Of a stretch of 64,000 nt of DNA, positions 47,380-59,769 are shown in pieces; position 1 is the stretch's first letter, and each line of letters starts with the position of its first letter. A model generated the notes under the pieces. The model had not been told where the DNA came from and did not search any database. It saw nothing but the letters and a program-made list of their open reading frames with translations. The position numbers were made by a program, and so were the translations under genes. Location of the stretch: assembly GCA_002104945.1 (NCBI GenBank), contig MCFH01000052.1:62001-126000 (forward strand), in the 5' to 3' direction. The stretch comes from Piromyces finnis finn. Its lineage: Eukaryota > Fungi > Neocallimastigomycota.

Positions 47380-48945
47380 CCACTAAAATCAGTGATGTAA
47401 CCAAAATATTCTATTCTTATTTTATTATCCTATACTTAAAAAAGAAAATTCATTTAATATTTATTAAACCATGTCAATTACTTCTCCAAAATACAAAAAT
47501 TAAGCTATTTTTAAACTTTATTTAATTTTAATAAATATTATTTAATAATTTATTTATTCATAATTATTCATAATTAATTCATCAAAAAATTAAATAACTT
47601 TATAATTGAGATAATTAGGTAGAATTTAAATAAATATAAAAATAGTTAAAAATAGCATTTAAAAATATTTTTCTTTTTAGTATAAAAGAAGAAAGAATTT
47701 TCCTGAAATTGATTATATCATTGAATATTATTTATTCATCAATTCATCAATTATTGAAATATCTATCCCACTGCTTATTTAGTAAAAAAAAAAGAAAGTT
47801 TTAAACTTTTTTTTCTTTTATATAATAGTATTAATTTTTTTTTTAAAAAAAAAAATAAAACAAAATGAAACTTAACTTTGCATTTATCGGAATCTTCTTA
47901 GTTTCTGCATTAGCCTTCACGAATGCAATGGAAATTCCAAACAACGCTAATCAAAAGCGTGATTGGGGTCTTTTTGAAACTAAAACAAGAGTTTCAACAA
48001 CATCAACAACAGTAGCTACTACTACACATCCAAGAGGAAGATAAGGTATAAGAATTTCTTGCTACCAGCCTAAATATCTAAATACCTTAATGAGTAGATT
48101 GATTAATATTCAACTATTTAAAATATTTAAAATAGTAATCAATCTTTTGTATTCTCATTTTTAATTAATACTTTATACCCAAATTATATTATTAAAAAAT
48201 TGATAATTACATTTGATTTGCTCAATGTATTAATTATAATTCTAATTGTAATTTATTATTAAAATAAATAAAAAAAAATAAATATTAAAATATTAAAATA
48301 AATATAAATTATTTAATTGTGTATGTGTGAATTGCATTTATTATTTTTATATCAATTGAATTAAATCACAAAGTATTGTTACTTTTACTTTTACTATTTA
48401 AAAGTAATTTAAAAATAAAAATTAAAAGTTTTATAATACAAAAGGGTAGTTTTATATTTTTTTTTATATAACATTATCTATCTTTTATATCAATTAATTT
48501 TATATTTTATAAAAAATTAATTATATTATTATATTATATTATATTATATTATATTATATTATATTATATTATATTATATTATATTATAGTATATTGTCAT
48601 TGTCAACCTTTTTATTATTCTTCATTAAAGAATGTTCAATTGAAATATTATATCTAATTGAAATATTCGATATAATATTTAATTATAATTGGCAGTCTTT
48701 TTTTTTTCCCTGTTGCTAAAAATACGTTTATTAATTTAATATTGGAATTTAAATGTAATAGTAAATGTAATAGTAATAGTAATATTTATAACTTAATTTG
48801 AATGTGTTAATTTTGTAAATAACCACTAAAATCAGTGAGTAACCAAAACATCTATTATTATTTTATTATCCTATGTCCATTACTTCTCCAAAATACAAAA
48901 ATTAAGCTATTTTTAAACTTTTTTTAATTTTATTAAATAATAAGT
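47380..48945 (+). repeat. Segmental duplication, copy B (module, peptide gene, 3' flank, second module)
   Basis: Matches 21469-23045. The second module copy at 48823 has no peptide gene downstream on the + strand. Confidence 0.92.
47865..48044 (+). CDS. Small secreted peptide precursor, 59 aa, identical to 21953-22132
   Basis: Same 180-nt sequence; ATG at 47865, TAA at 48042-48044. Confidence 0.82.
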   Translation: MKLNFAFIGIFLVSALAFTNAMEIPNNANQKRDWGLFETKTRVSTTSTTVATTTHPRGR

Positions 48946-49230
48946 TTTAATCTATTTATTATTCATAATTAACCAAAAAAGTAAATCATTTTATGATTAA
49001 AAGGAATTTAAATAAATATTACAATTAACAATAAACTTATTTTAGTTTTTTATTTTTATTTTTATTTTTTTTTTTACTTTTTTTTATTTTATTTTAATAA
49101 TAAATTACAATAAAAATTAATACATAGGATAAATTCAAATGTTTTATCATCAATTCTTTAATAATATAATAGTTGGTTGGATAGTTTGGTATAAAAAAAT
49201 TAAAAAAGTAAAATTAATATTATAGATAAG

Positions 49231-49491
49231 TTAATGTGGTTTTTTAACTTTAAATTCTGTTTTAGCTTTAGTTGTAGTTGTTTTAGCTGTAGTTGTTTTA
49301 GTTGTAGTTGTTTTAATTGTAGTTGTAGTTGTAGTTGTTTTAGTTGTAGTTGTAATTGTGGTTGTTGGAATTCCTGTTGTAGTTTCAAAAAGACCCCAAT
49401 CACGCTTTTGATTGTTTGGAATTTCCATTGCATTCGTTAAGGCTAATGTAGAAACTAATAAGATTCCGATAAAAGCAAAGTTAAGTTTCAT
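49231..49491 (-). CDS. Small secreted peptide precursor, 86 aa, paralog with KR-DWGLFET and an expanded Thr/Lys-rich tail
   Basis: MKLNFAFIGILLVSTLALTNAMEIPNNQKRDWGLFETTTGIP... shares leader, KR and DWGLFET with the 59-aa genes. Confidence 0.85.
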   Translation of the reverse strand: MKLNFAFIGILLVSTLALTNAMEIPNNQKRDWGLFETTTGIPTTTITTTTKTTTTTTTIKTTTTKTTTAKTTTTKAKTEFKVKKPH

Positions 49492-49659
49492 TTTGGTTTA
49501 TTTTTTTTTAAAAAATATTATAATATCAATTATTTAATAAAATAAAAAAAGTTTAAAACTTTCTTTTTTTTTTTTAGTAAATAAGCAGTAGATATTTTTA
49601 AAATTGATGAATAAATAAAATTCAATGATTTAATCAATTTCAAGAAAATTTTTTTTTTT

Positions 49660-49953
49660 CTTTTATACCAAAAGAAAGAGTAAAATAGTTTAAAATAGTT
49701 GAACTATTTTAGTATTCATTTAAATTCCTTCTAATTATAAAGTAATTTAATTTTTTGGTTAATTAATTTTGAATAATAAATAGATTAAAACTTATTATTT
49801 AATAAATTTAAAAAAAAAGTTTAAAAAAAGTTTAAAATTGTATTTTGGAGAAGTAATGGACATGGTTTAATAAATATTAAATGAATTTTCTTTTTTTTTA
49901 AGTATAGGATAATAAAATAATAGATGTTTTGGTTACATCACTGATTTTAGTGG
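49660..49953 (-). promoter_or_regulatory. Conserved upstream module, inverted copy serving the 86-aa gene
   Basis: TGGTTACATCACTGATTTTAGTGG at 49930-49953 and TATTTTGGAGAAGTAA at 49841-49856 are reverse complements of the module boxes. It begins 462 bp upstream of the ATG at 49491. Confidence 0.6.
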
Positions 49954-50153
49954 TTATATATAAAATTAAACTCTAAATAAAGCTATATTATCATATAATC
50001 TATTAGTTCATTTATTCCCATAAAAAGTATTTAATAAAATAAAAAATTAACCAAAATAGAATTAATCATTTAGGATAAATCTAAGAATATTAAAAAAGAA
50101 AAGTAAATGTGATATAATTTATTTATTTATTCCATATTAAATTGATATAAATA

Positions 50154-50255
50154 GTTCCTTTGAAGCCTTAGGATAAATCTAAGAATTATTAAAAAAAAAT
50201 CTTATAATTGTTCCTTTGAAGCCTTAGGATAAATCTAAGAATTATTAAAAAAAAT
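50154..50255. repeat. 56-bp tandem duplication
   Basis: GTTCCTTTGAAGCCTTAGGATAAATCTAAGAATTATT at 50154 and 50210, with a related partial near 50070. Confidence 0.85.
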
Positions 50256-51805
50256 TTAAAATATTAAATTTATTTTTTTTATAAAAAAAAAAAAAAAAAA
50301 AAACGGAAAAGAAACATTACAATATATAAAAAAAAAAGTTTATAATTTTTAGTGGTTATTTAAAATGAAACAGTAAAATTATGTAGTGATTTAATTTATT
50401 ATGAAATTGATAAAAAGTAATTGTTAATTAGGAATATATAAAAAAAAAGAAATACTATAATAAATATAAAAATATTACTAAAAATCATCAGAATTTATAA
50501 CTATTTTTAAATATATTAATAAATATCAAGAAAAAGATAGAACTTTTAAATAAAAACTTTTAATTATTATATAAAAGCTATTATATTTTTTGGAATGAAT
50601 GAAAAACAGATTATTGAACTTATTATTAATTATCAAATTAAAATAATTTCCAAGTATCTTTTTTTTTCTTAAAAAAAGTGAAAAAGGGTATATAATGATA
50701 TAGTTATTAAAAAGATTTATATACTTTTTTTTTTAATATATTCGAAATAAAATTATTTTTTATTTTAAAGTATTATCTCTTTTAAATATATATATAGAAT
50801 AATATAAATAAGCGTCGTTTTAAAATAGATCATTTGTTATTAAAATATAAAATACTTTAAGATATAATGTATAATACTTTAATTAAACTTGAAAAACAAT
50901 ATTATTCAATATTTCTTTTTTTTTTTTTTTTTTTTTTTTCAACAACTATATAAAAATATTTTTAAAATTTAATGAACTTTTATTTATTACATTTTATTTT
51001 TGTTTTATTATTAATTGTTATATATATATACATATAAAATGATAAAAAAAAATACTTAAAAATATATTAAATTTGAATGTGTACCTCTTTAAACTTTACT
51101 TTTTTATCACCATCAATATTCAATTTAAATTTTTTTTTTTTTTTTTTTTTAAATTGTAAAATATTTTATTTTATTTCAATTATATATTTATATTTCTTTT
51201 CTTTTTTCTATAATATTACTCACATTTACACTGTTTACTAATATTGCTATTTTTTTTATATGCTTTATACTTTTTTTAAACAATTCTTTAGATGATTTAT
51301 TACTTGTCCTAGATTTTGGAAGGGTTTAGCCAAAAATTCTGGCCAGGGAAAATTTGACCTCTGGTAAAATTTTAACCAGACAAAAACCAGAAATCTTTAA
51401 CTTGTATTTAAAATTTATGGATGATCCATTTTTATTTGATAAAATTTTTTAAATGAATTTTAATAAGAAAGACCAAATTAAGGAAGAAGAACAAACGGAA
51501 ATTATTATTAAATTAAATGATACTTATGATAAATTAGATAAATCAATTCGTTATAAAAGGTGTCATGACAATAATATTAATATAAAACATTTATAAATTC
51601 ATCGTAATGACGAAAAGAAAAAACTATATTCGTTTAATATTATTTAAATTTTAAAAGAATTATTTATTAATCACGATTTTATAAACATTTAATCCATTTA
51701 CATGTATGCATAACACATATATAAATTAATAGGTATTGCATCTTTATCAACATATGATTTATATAAATGTTACGAACTTTTATATATATTTATTAAATAT
51801 ATAAA

Positions 51806-52117
51806 AAGCATAATTTATTAATTATTATATAATTATCATATAATTATTATTTTAAAAGATAAAAATTAAGCATAATTTATTAATTATTATATAATTATCA
51901 TATAATTATTATTTTAAAAGATAAAAATTAAGCATAATTTATTAATTATTATATAATTATCATATAATTATTATTTTAAAAGATAAAAATTAAGCATAAT
52001 TTATTAATTATTATATAATTATCATATAATTATTATTTTAAAAGATAAAAATTAAGCATAATTTATTAATTATTATATAATTATCATATAATTATTATTT
52101 TAAAAGATAAAAATTAA
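51806..52117. repeat. 62-bp minisatellite, five apparently perfect copies
   Basis: GCATAATTTATT starts at 51808, 51870, 51932, 51994 and 52056. Confidence 0.95.
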
Positions 52118-52149
52118 AGTGATGAATTTGAATATAATTTGATATTGGA

Positions 52150-52400
52150 TACTTTCAAGAAAGTTTTTCCTTTTTTTTTATACCAAAAGAAAAAGTAAAA
52201 TAGTTTAACAATTTTATTTAAATTTATAAAGCAAGTTAGTTTTTTTTTTGATAAATTAATCATTAGTTAATTATAAATATATAATATATAATTTTTTTTA
52301 AAAAAAAAAAAAAAGTTTAAAAATAGTTTTATTTTCTATTTTGGAGAAGTAATAGACCATCCTAGTTTATTTAATGTTAAATGAATTTTATTTATTTAAA
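52150..52400 (-). other. Degenerate orphan copy of the peptide-family upstream module
   Basis: TATTTTGGAGAAGTAA at 52337-52352 and TTTTATACCAAAAGAAAAAGTAAAATAGTTT near 52170 match the inverted module at 49660-49860. I found no peptide ORF downstream. Confidence 0.55.
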
Positions 52401-53016
52401 CTTGTCTTGTAATATTAAATATTATGGTAAAGGAACAATGTTTATTAATAATATAATAATTATTTATTAATAACTATAATAATAGGAATGTTCATGTTAT
52501 TAAGTTCAAGGTAACAATCAAAAGAGCATCACTATTGAAGGAAAAAAAAAAAAAAAAATAAACTAACAATCGACTAGTGATAATAAATTTTAATTTTGAC
52601 TATACACTTTTAAATATATTTAGTATTAATAACAACTTTTTAACTAAATCTATATTACAATACCTACTTTTATTAATTATTTTATTTTTTAATATATTTT
52701 ATATTTTGATTACCATTATAAAAACAGTTAAATATATATAGTATATAAATGATATGACAATAAAAGTATTGTATTGGGGTAAAGGAAATTCCTTTTTTCC
52801 AAATTATTTTCAAGAGAATATATTTTTATTAGAATGAATGAACAACTTCTTTTATTGATGGAAAGAGAAGGAGTTACCTTTAAAAATAAATGAATAAAAT
52901 AATTTATTTATTCATTCACTTATTTATTTATTTATTCACTTATTTATTTATTTAATTTTATTGTATTTAATTTTATTTTGTATTTTTTGTCTTTATATCT
53001 TTATAAAAAAAAAAAA

Positions 53017-53025
53017 ATGTCTAGA

Positions 53026-53056
<31 letters not shown>

Positions 53057-56000
53057 TAATAGAGTCTTTATCCATATTTAATCCAAAATTTAATTTCAAA
53101 AATAGTGAAAATATTGATGAAGTAAAAAAAGAAATAATTTATTACTATCCTCAAAATGTTCCTATTGTTGACCAAATAAAACATATTGGTTTAGCCAAGG
53201 CCATTATAAAATTTACAAAGTAAAAAAAAAAAGTTATATATATATTTATTAAAATATAATAATTTTAAAGATGAAAAAAAAAAAAAAAAAAGTATCGATA
53301 ATTTTTGGTGTTATTCATATTATAAATGGAAAAAAAAAAAAAAAAAACATTTAGCTAGAATAATTGTTTATTTTATTTTTGCAATTAAAATGAAATTTCT
53401 AATTTTTTTAAAAAAAAAAAATATTATAAATACTAATGTATTAATGGATGATACAATATATATAATAATATTAATAATAAACAAGTACATTTCAATTAAA
53501 GGATACAAATAATACTGTTCATTCACAAAAGTTTCGACAAATTATAATTCAACCCGAAAAAGATTTCTGGATTTCAATGGTAAATTTATAATTTTTAAAA
53601 ATTTATATATATATTAAGATGATATTAATATAGTTATTCATGAAACTTTTATCAAAATACAATTAATATTGTTAAAATGTTAACATTTTATCATAAAACT
53701 TTCACATGTTTTATTTATAATATATATATATTATTTAATTTATAATCCATTTTATTATTATTAATTTTTAAAAAAAATAAAATAAAATTAAAACGTAAAT
53801 GTATCTGTATTAAAATAGAAAATAAACATGGAAAATTTTCAACGGTTAAAAATAAATCAATATGGTCAGGATAATGTTGAATATATTAATAAACAACTTA
53901 ATGATACCTATTTAGAAGCAAAATTAAACATGTTATACTCAAAATTTAGAGTATGGTTATTTTTCCTTTTTTTTTTTTTTTTTTTCTTTATCTATTAATA
54001 TTATAAATATAAAATTTTATTTAAATGGAATTGTTTTTATTTAAACATGAGAATGATATATATATATATATTTAATTACCATGACTAATTAATAATTTGA
54101 CTTTTTATTTTATTTTTTTTTTTTTAAAAAAAAAAAAGTTATTCAATGACTCGTTTAGTAATATTCTTAATGATGACTCGGTAGACAGTTTAAAACTTAA
54201 AACTAGACTTTATTTTGATGTTTGTATTCCATATTTCAACTTTGATAACATTGATTTATTTTCTACTATAACGGGTACTTTTTATTTATTTATTATTCTA
54301 TATTCTATAGATAATTGAAGTTATTACCATTTAATACTTATTAATAATACTAATAATAATATTCTATATTTATCTTTTTCTTTTTTTTTTTAAAAAAAAT
54401 TATTATATATTTCAAAATTTTCGTGCTAACGGTTACTACTATTATTATTCTTTTTTTTTTTTTTTTTTTTATTAGGTCTTAATATGATATCTTTAAATAG
54501 AACAATAGAAAGTGAAATTGAAAACTTTATTGATAAAGTACATAAGAATTTTCAATTCACTTCTGGTTCAATGATTTTTTGGAAAAATAATGTTATCTAT
54601 AATGATATGGATTTTAGTTATTTAAAAGATATGACTGTTTTATACGATTACTTAATTGATCCTAATATTTCATCTATGCCTTTCCTTAAAATAAATACAC
54701 TTCAAAGAAATGTAAATAAATAAAATATATATTTTAACTATATTTATAAATTTTAATATTTATCTATATATAAATACAAATCCAATATAAAATAATCCTC
54801 TATATTTCAAAATTAAATAATAACATCTTCATTATAACTATTCAATTATATATAATAAAAATATAATAATAACTTTTTTTTTTTTTTTATCTTAATAATA
54901 CTCAATATATATACTATTTACTATTTATTTATTTGTATATATATATTTTTTTAATTAAATATAAAAGAAACCAATTATAAAATCTACACATTTTTCTGTT
55001 AGTTCAAATACCGCACAACCCTCACCTTCTCAAAATAAAACAACACTATTACAATCTATAAAAAGTTTAAATCTTTTCACTAGTAAAGATACCCATCAAA
55101 ATACAGGATTTTTAACCGGTCCTTTAAGTTTAAATAATCATCAAATTATTGGTGAATCTGTTTCTTCTAAAGCAAGTAGTAAAGATACTTCTTCACGATC
55201 ACTTTTTTCTATAAGTAGTTCTTTCTACGGAAGTAAAGATGATGTAAGTAAACAAGAAGTTAACCAAGAAAGGGAAATCGAAGAAGAATCAAGTCAAAAT
55301 GAAAAAAAAATACTTGTTGGACATGAATTAACAAATGAACCTGTTATGGAAGATGAAAATAATATTTCTTTACCTCAAATTATTTATCTTGGTGATTACG
55401 GTGAACCCTACTATTTAATTATTTATAAAGTAATTTTTTTTTTTTTATTATTATTTTTTATTCTTTTATATCATTCTATACCATTCTATACTATTTTATT
55501 CTATAACTATAAGACATCCACTACAATGATAATAATAGTATTAATAGATAATATTTTTTATTATTATTATTTATTTATTATTATTATATTATGTTTGTTT
55601 GGTTATATATTTCATTATCCATTAATATGCTATTGCGCCTATTAGTATTTAGAAGAAATAACTGCACTTTTCTTTATCAAAGTTAATAATAATATCCAAG
55701 ACTTTGAAGATACCTATGTTTCCCTATCTAAACTTAGAAAAGAAAGTATTACTAGTTTTGATGCTATTAATATTAAAGAGGAGGGTGACAGTGTAATTGA
55801 TACAAAATCAAAATTAGGTTCAGAAGAATTTTATTATTCTTTAGAAGCAACTATCCGCTCTGACCTAGATACTATCTTGGCGAATATAGAATCCCTAAAA
55901 GAAAGTCAAATGTAAATTTTTATATATATGAAAATATAAAATATATAAATTCAATGCATTCTATCATCTTATATACCATTTTTAATAAATAATTAAATTG

Positions 56001-56744
56001 TTCCATTACTTTAAATATATTTTTATAAAAAAAAAAAAAAGCAATTCTATCGATGATCAATATAAGTATATAATATTTAAACATTCCAAAATGTTGGTAA
56101 AAACATCAAAAGGTTATTTGAAACAACCTGGATTAAATAAATTAATATCTCAATATATATTAGATCTTTATAGTGATATGGAAAAGTAAGTTTTTTTTTG
56201 TTTTTTTTTCTAAAAAAGTCAAAAAAAAATTTTTTTTTATTTTGGTAAAAAATATATACCTATATACCTATATAAATTAATGAAACGTGTTTAATATTTA
56301 ATCATTTTTTTTTTTTTTAAAAAAAAATATATATATATGCTAAATGAAATGAAATTTTTTTTTTAGAAAACAAAATTGTTCAGAAATTTGTGTAAGATCA
56401 TATAATTCTATTTGGATTGCTATAAAACGTCAGGAACAATGTGATTATATTCTTATTCTTCCTCGTAATAGTTTTAAAGTATTATCTGAAATTGATGGTA
56501 AAAAATATAAACGAATATACAAATATATATAATTTATATAATTTAAAAAAGAATATGAAAAGAAAAATTATTATCATTATTATTTGTTTGCTTATTCATT
56601 TATTATTTGATTTTCATCTTTTTTTTTTTTCAACTTTTATTTCATATCTAATTCCTTTTTTTATTATATTTATTTCCTATGTTAGATGAATTTAAAAAAG
56701 TAATGGTGTTCTTTCAACAACAACATAGTTCCAATATGAATTAA
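53017..56744 (+). CDS. CCZ1: Vacuolar fusion protein CCZ1 (Mon1-Ccz1 Rab7/Ypt7 GEF subunit), 10 exons, 620 aa: 53017-53219, 53486-53579, 53819-53950, 54139-54274, 54476-54711, 54968-55429, 55646-55911, 56042-56185, 56367-56497, 56686-56744
   Basis: All GT-AG junctions are phase-compatible (1863 nt). The product has CCZ1-like motifs in order: IFNP...IIYYYP...IGLAKAIIKFT, VHSQK...PEKDFWISM, LYSKFRLFN, VLYDYL, GFLTGP, YLIIYK, YKYIIF, EICVRSYNSIWI. The match to the metazoan/fungal CCZ1 sequence is from recall. Confidence 0.85.
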
Positions 56745-57090
56745 AAAATAAAATTAAAATTAAAAAATAAAAATATAAATAAAACAAAAAAAAAAAAAAA
56801 GGAATGAAATATATATATATATTATTAATAATAAATATTATTAAAAATATTGTTATTGTAAATATATACTGTAATTTTTAACACCTCTTGATTCATTTCA
56901 TTACAATAATAGTAAAGGATATTAAAAAATAAAAAAAAAAAAAGTTTTATTATACTAATAACAATTAATTATAAAAAAATAAAAAATAAAAACAAAAATG
57001 TGAAAATAGAAGAATAATAAATATTGTTATTTCTATGAAATTGTTTGTGTATGTTTTTTTTTTTTTATAAAAATAAAAAGTCCTTTATAC

Positions 57091-57169
57091 TATTTATTTA
57101 TTTAGTTATTTATTTATTTATTTATTTATTTAGTTAGTTAGTTAGTTAGTTAGTTATTTATTTATTTAT

Positions 57170-57224
<55 letters not shown>

Positions 57225-57269
57225 TTTAGTTATTTAGTTATTTAGTTATTTATTTATTTATTTATTTAG

Positions 57270-57336
<67 letters not shown>

Positions 57337-57378
57337 TTTAGTTATTTAGTTATTTATTTAGTTAGTTATTTAGTTAGT
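57091..57378. repeat. Compound (TTAT)n/(TTAG)n tetranucleotide microsatellite
   Basis: Alternating TATT and TAGT runs over about 290 bp. Confidence 0.92.
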
Positions 57379-58296
57379 TTATAGTTGGTTTTTGTGATAG
57401 TTTGCTTATATGTTTAACTTTTAGTTAAAAAAAAAAAAAAAAGAGAAAGAATTACTAACAAAAAATAAAATAAAATTATATTTTAAATTTTAAAGCATCA
57501 TGACAAGCTTTTATTAATACTATTAGAAAGTTTTTTTATATAAAATCTTAATACGCTCATGTGTTTAAATAGTAACTTTTAAAAATAAAAAAACAATTCC
57601 TTTATATAATATTAACTTTTTTAAAAGGATAAAATCATTTAATATAAAAAAAAAAAAAAAAAAAAAAAAGTATTTTTATATATATTATTTTATTCTATTG
57701 TTCTAAATGGAATATCAAACTCTATGTTTTCAATTTTAATTATTCTTTTTTTTTTTTTATTTGTTTTTTTGGTATATAAATTCAACAACTTTTTCCATTA
57801 TCAATTAATAAAAATATTAAAATGGTCTATGGGTTCATACCTCGATTAAAATTAATTTATACTGGGAGTTTTTTTTTTTTCTATTATTATTATCTTTATT
57901 TAAATGTTTATTTAATAAGATATATTTGCTATTTATTTATCTATTTATTATTAAATATTCCTTCTTTTTTTTTTTTTTTTATCTAATGGGTTCATATATA
58001 AACATGTATACATATATAAAATAAAAATAAAAATAAAACAAAATAATTTCCACTTTTTCATCTTTTTTTTTTCTTTTTCCTTTTATCCATTTCTTATTTT
58101 TATATCTATTCATTTTTTTTTTTTATTGATTAATTGATTTTTATATTTTTCTATTCCTTTTTTTTTTTTTATTCTTATTATTATTATTGATATTATTATA
58201 ATTACTACATTGTTTTTTTTTTCATTTATTTATTTTCTTTGTCTATTTGAACTTTTTTTCTTCTTCTCTATCTCTATTTCCTTTCCTTTTTCTCCT

Positions 58297-59769
58297 TTAT
58301 TCAAAATTTGCATCAAAAAAATCTTCTTGAGCAGAATAAAATCCTGAAGTACTACTACAGGTACTATTAACTTCCCATTTATCATCATTGGCAAGAGCTG
58401 TTTGATCCTCTGGAACAGATTGACTTTCACTATTCCAACTAGAAATAGCTGATTGGTATGTACTAGTGGATGAAATTGAGGAAGCACGATGAAGGGATTT
58501 TTCATTCTTTCTTGTATCCATAAAATGATTAATAGTATCTGAGGTGGTGGTATTGTCATTGTCTTCTTCATCACTAAATTCAAAATTTTGTGACATTAAG
58601 ATTTTATTGATATCAATACTTAAAGGATTAATAGAGTCATTGTCAATAGTATTCTTTGAATTGGAAGTAAATTGTGGTGTACGGTGAACGGGAAGCATTT
58701 GGGAGGAATAAGTTCTATCGGCAAAATTCATTTTTGGTGTAGAAGGTGCTACTAATTCATTTTCACTATCAAATAATTCTTCATTTCTTTTATAATTGAA
58801 ATTGGTGATCGTTTCCTTTCTATTACGTTTAATAGGGGTATTAGGAGAATGACTTTCAATATCACTAATATTATCTTCTATTTCACCTTCACTTCCAGAT
58901 TCTGCATCAATAATTTCAGAATTTGGCATTTTCATTGTGAAAGAATTGTCATAGTAAGAGTTTGTCTGAAGATCATCAGAAAATTCATGTCTTCCCACAA
59001 GAGTAGAAGAAGACGACTGAACTGATAAAGGTTCATTTGTAGTAATGGTATTGACAATAGTATTTATATTATTGTTAGAATGTTGTATGAAAGATGAAGA
59101 TGTTGATGGATAATTAAAGGGATGAGATGGGGTGGATGGAGAAGAAGAAATAACGGCTTTTTTATTAAAATTATTTTTAATACTTTCAATACTATCATCA
59201 CTTTCGTTACCACTATGATTTACACTATGAATAGTTTTTTCTATAACTTCATTTAATATTTTAATATTTTCTTTACGACCTTCAATGGGTGATAACAAAG
59301 GAGCTTCATTTGGTTTTGTTATTATTATGGTATCATTATTTTCGTCAATTTCTACGTTGTCATCAAGGGTAGAAAGAATAGCTTCATTAGGTTTAGTAAT
59401 AATAACCGTATCATTACCTACTGATAAATCTTCTTTTGAAGAGAATATATTTATGAATTTATCAAACAAGTTTACAAAGAAATTTTTTTCTTCAGAATAT
59501 TGAAATTCTTTAAAATAATTTTTAATATCTTCTTCTTCTTCTTCCTCTCCCTCTATAATATCAAATTCTTTTTGGTCTTCATCTTTTATATTATCTTTGT
59601 TAATAAGGTCTTTGGATAAATGAATGGTTATGGAGAAATTAGAATTTGAATTTCTTTTATACTGTTTATTATCTTTATTATGTTTATAAATTAAAAAGGC
59701 ACCACTCAACGAAATTCCGGTTGCTATAGAAGTAATAATCAAAATTTTTGATATTTTCTGTTTATCCAT
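58297..59769 (-). CDS. Uncharacterised 490-aa protein: N-terminal membrane anchor, disordered Ser/acidic body, C-terminal FFAT-like motifs
   Basis: First ATG at 59769 (the ORF-track start at 59796 is TTG). Hydrophobic ILIITSIATGISLSGAFLIY is followed by basic residues. The protein ends SGFYSAQEDFFDANFE*. Confidence 0.75.
   Translation of the reverse strand: MDKQKISKILIITSIATGISLSGAFLIYKHNKDNKQYKRNSNSNFSITIHLSKDLINKDNIKDEDQKEFDIIEGEEEEEEDIKNYFKEFQYSEEKNFFVNLFDKFINIFSSKEDLSVGNDTVIITKPNEAILSTLDDNVEIDENNDTIIITKPNEAPLLSPIEGRKENIKILNEVIEKTIHSVNHSGNESDDSIESIKNNFNKKAVISSSPSTPSHPFNYPSTSSSFIQHSNNNINTIVNTITTNEPLSVQSSSSTLVGRHEFSDDLQTNSYYDNSFTMKMPNSEIIDAESGSEGEIEDNISDIESHSPNTPIKRNRKETITNFNYKRNEELFDSENELVAPSTPKMNFADRTYSSQMLPVHRTPQFTSNSKNTIDNDSINPLSIDINKILMSQNFEFSDEEDNDNTTTSDTINHFMDTRKNEKSLHRASSISSTSTYQSAISSWNSESQSVPEDQTALANDDKWEVNSTCSSTSGFYSAQEDFFDANFE

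Noticed and set aside
52978-56689. Separate short ORFs at 52978, 54097, 54484, 55346, 55998 and 56441
   Set aside because: They are exons of CCZ1 read through into introns, or intron-derived frames, and not independent genes.
57091-57378. Interstitial telomere
   Set aside because: The units are TTAG and TTAT, lacking the G-run of TTAGGG-type repeats; treated as a microsatellite.
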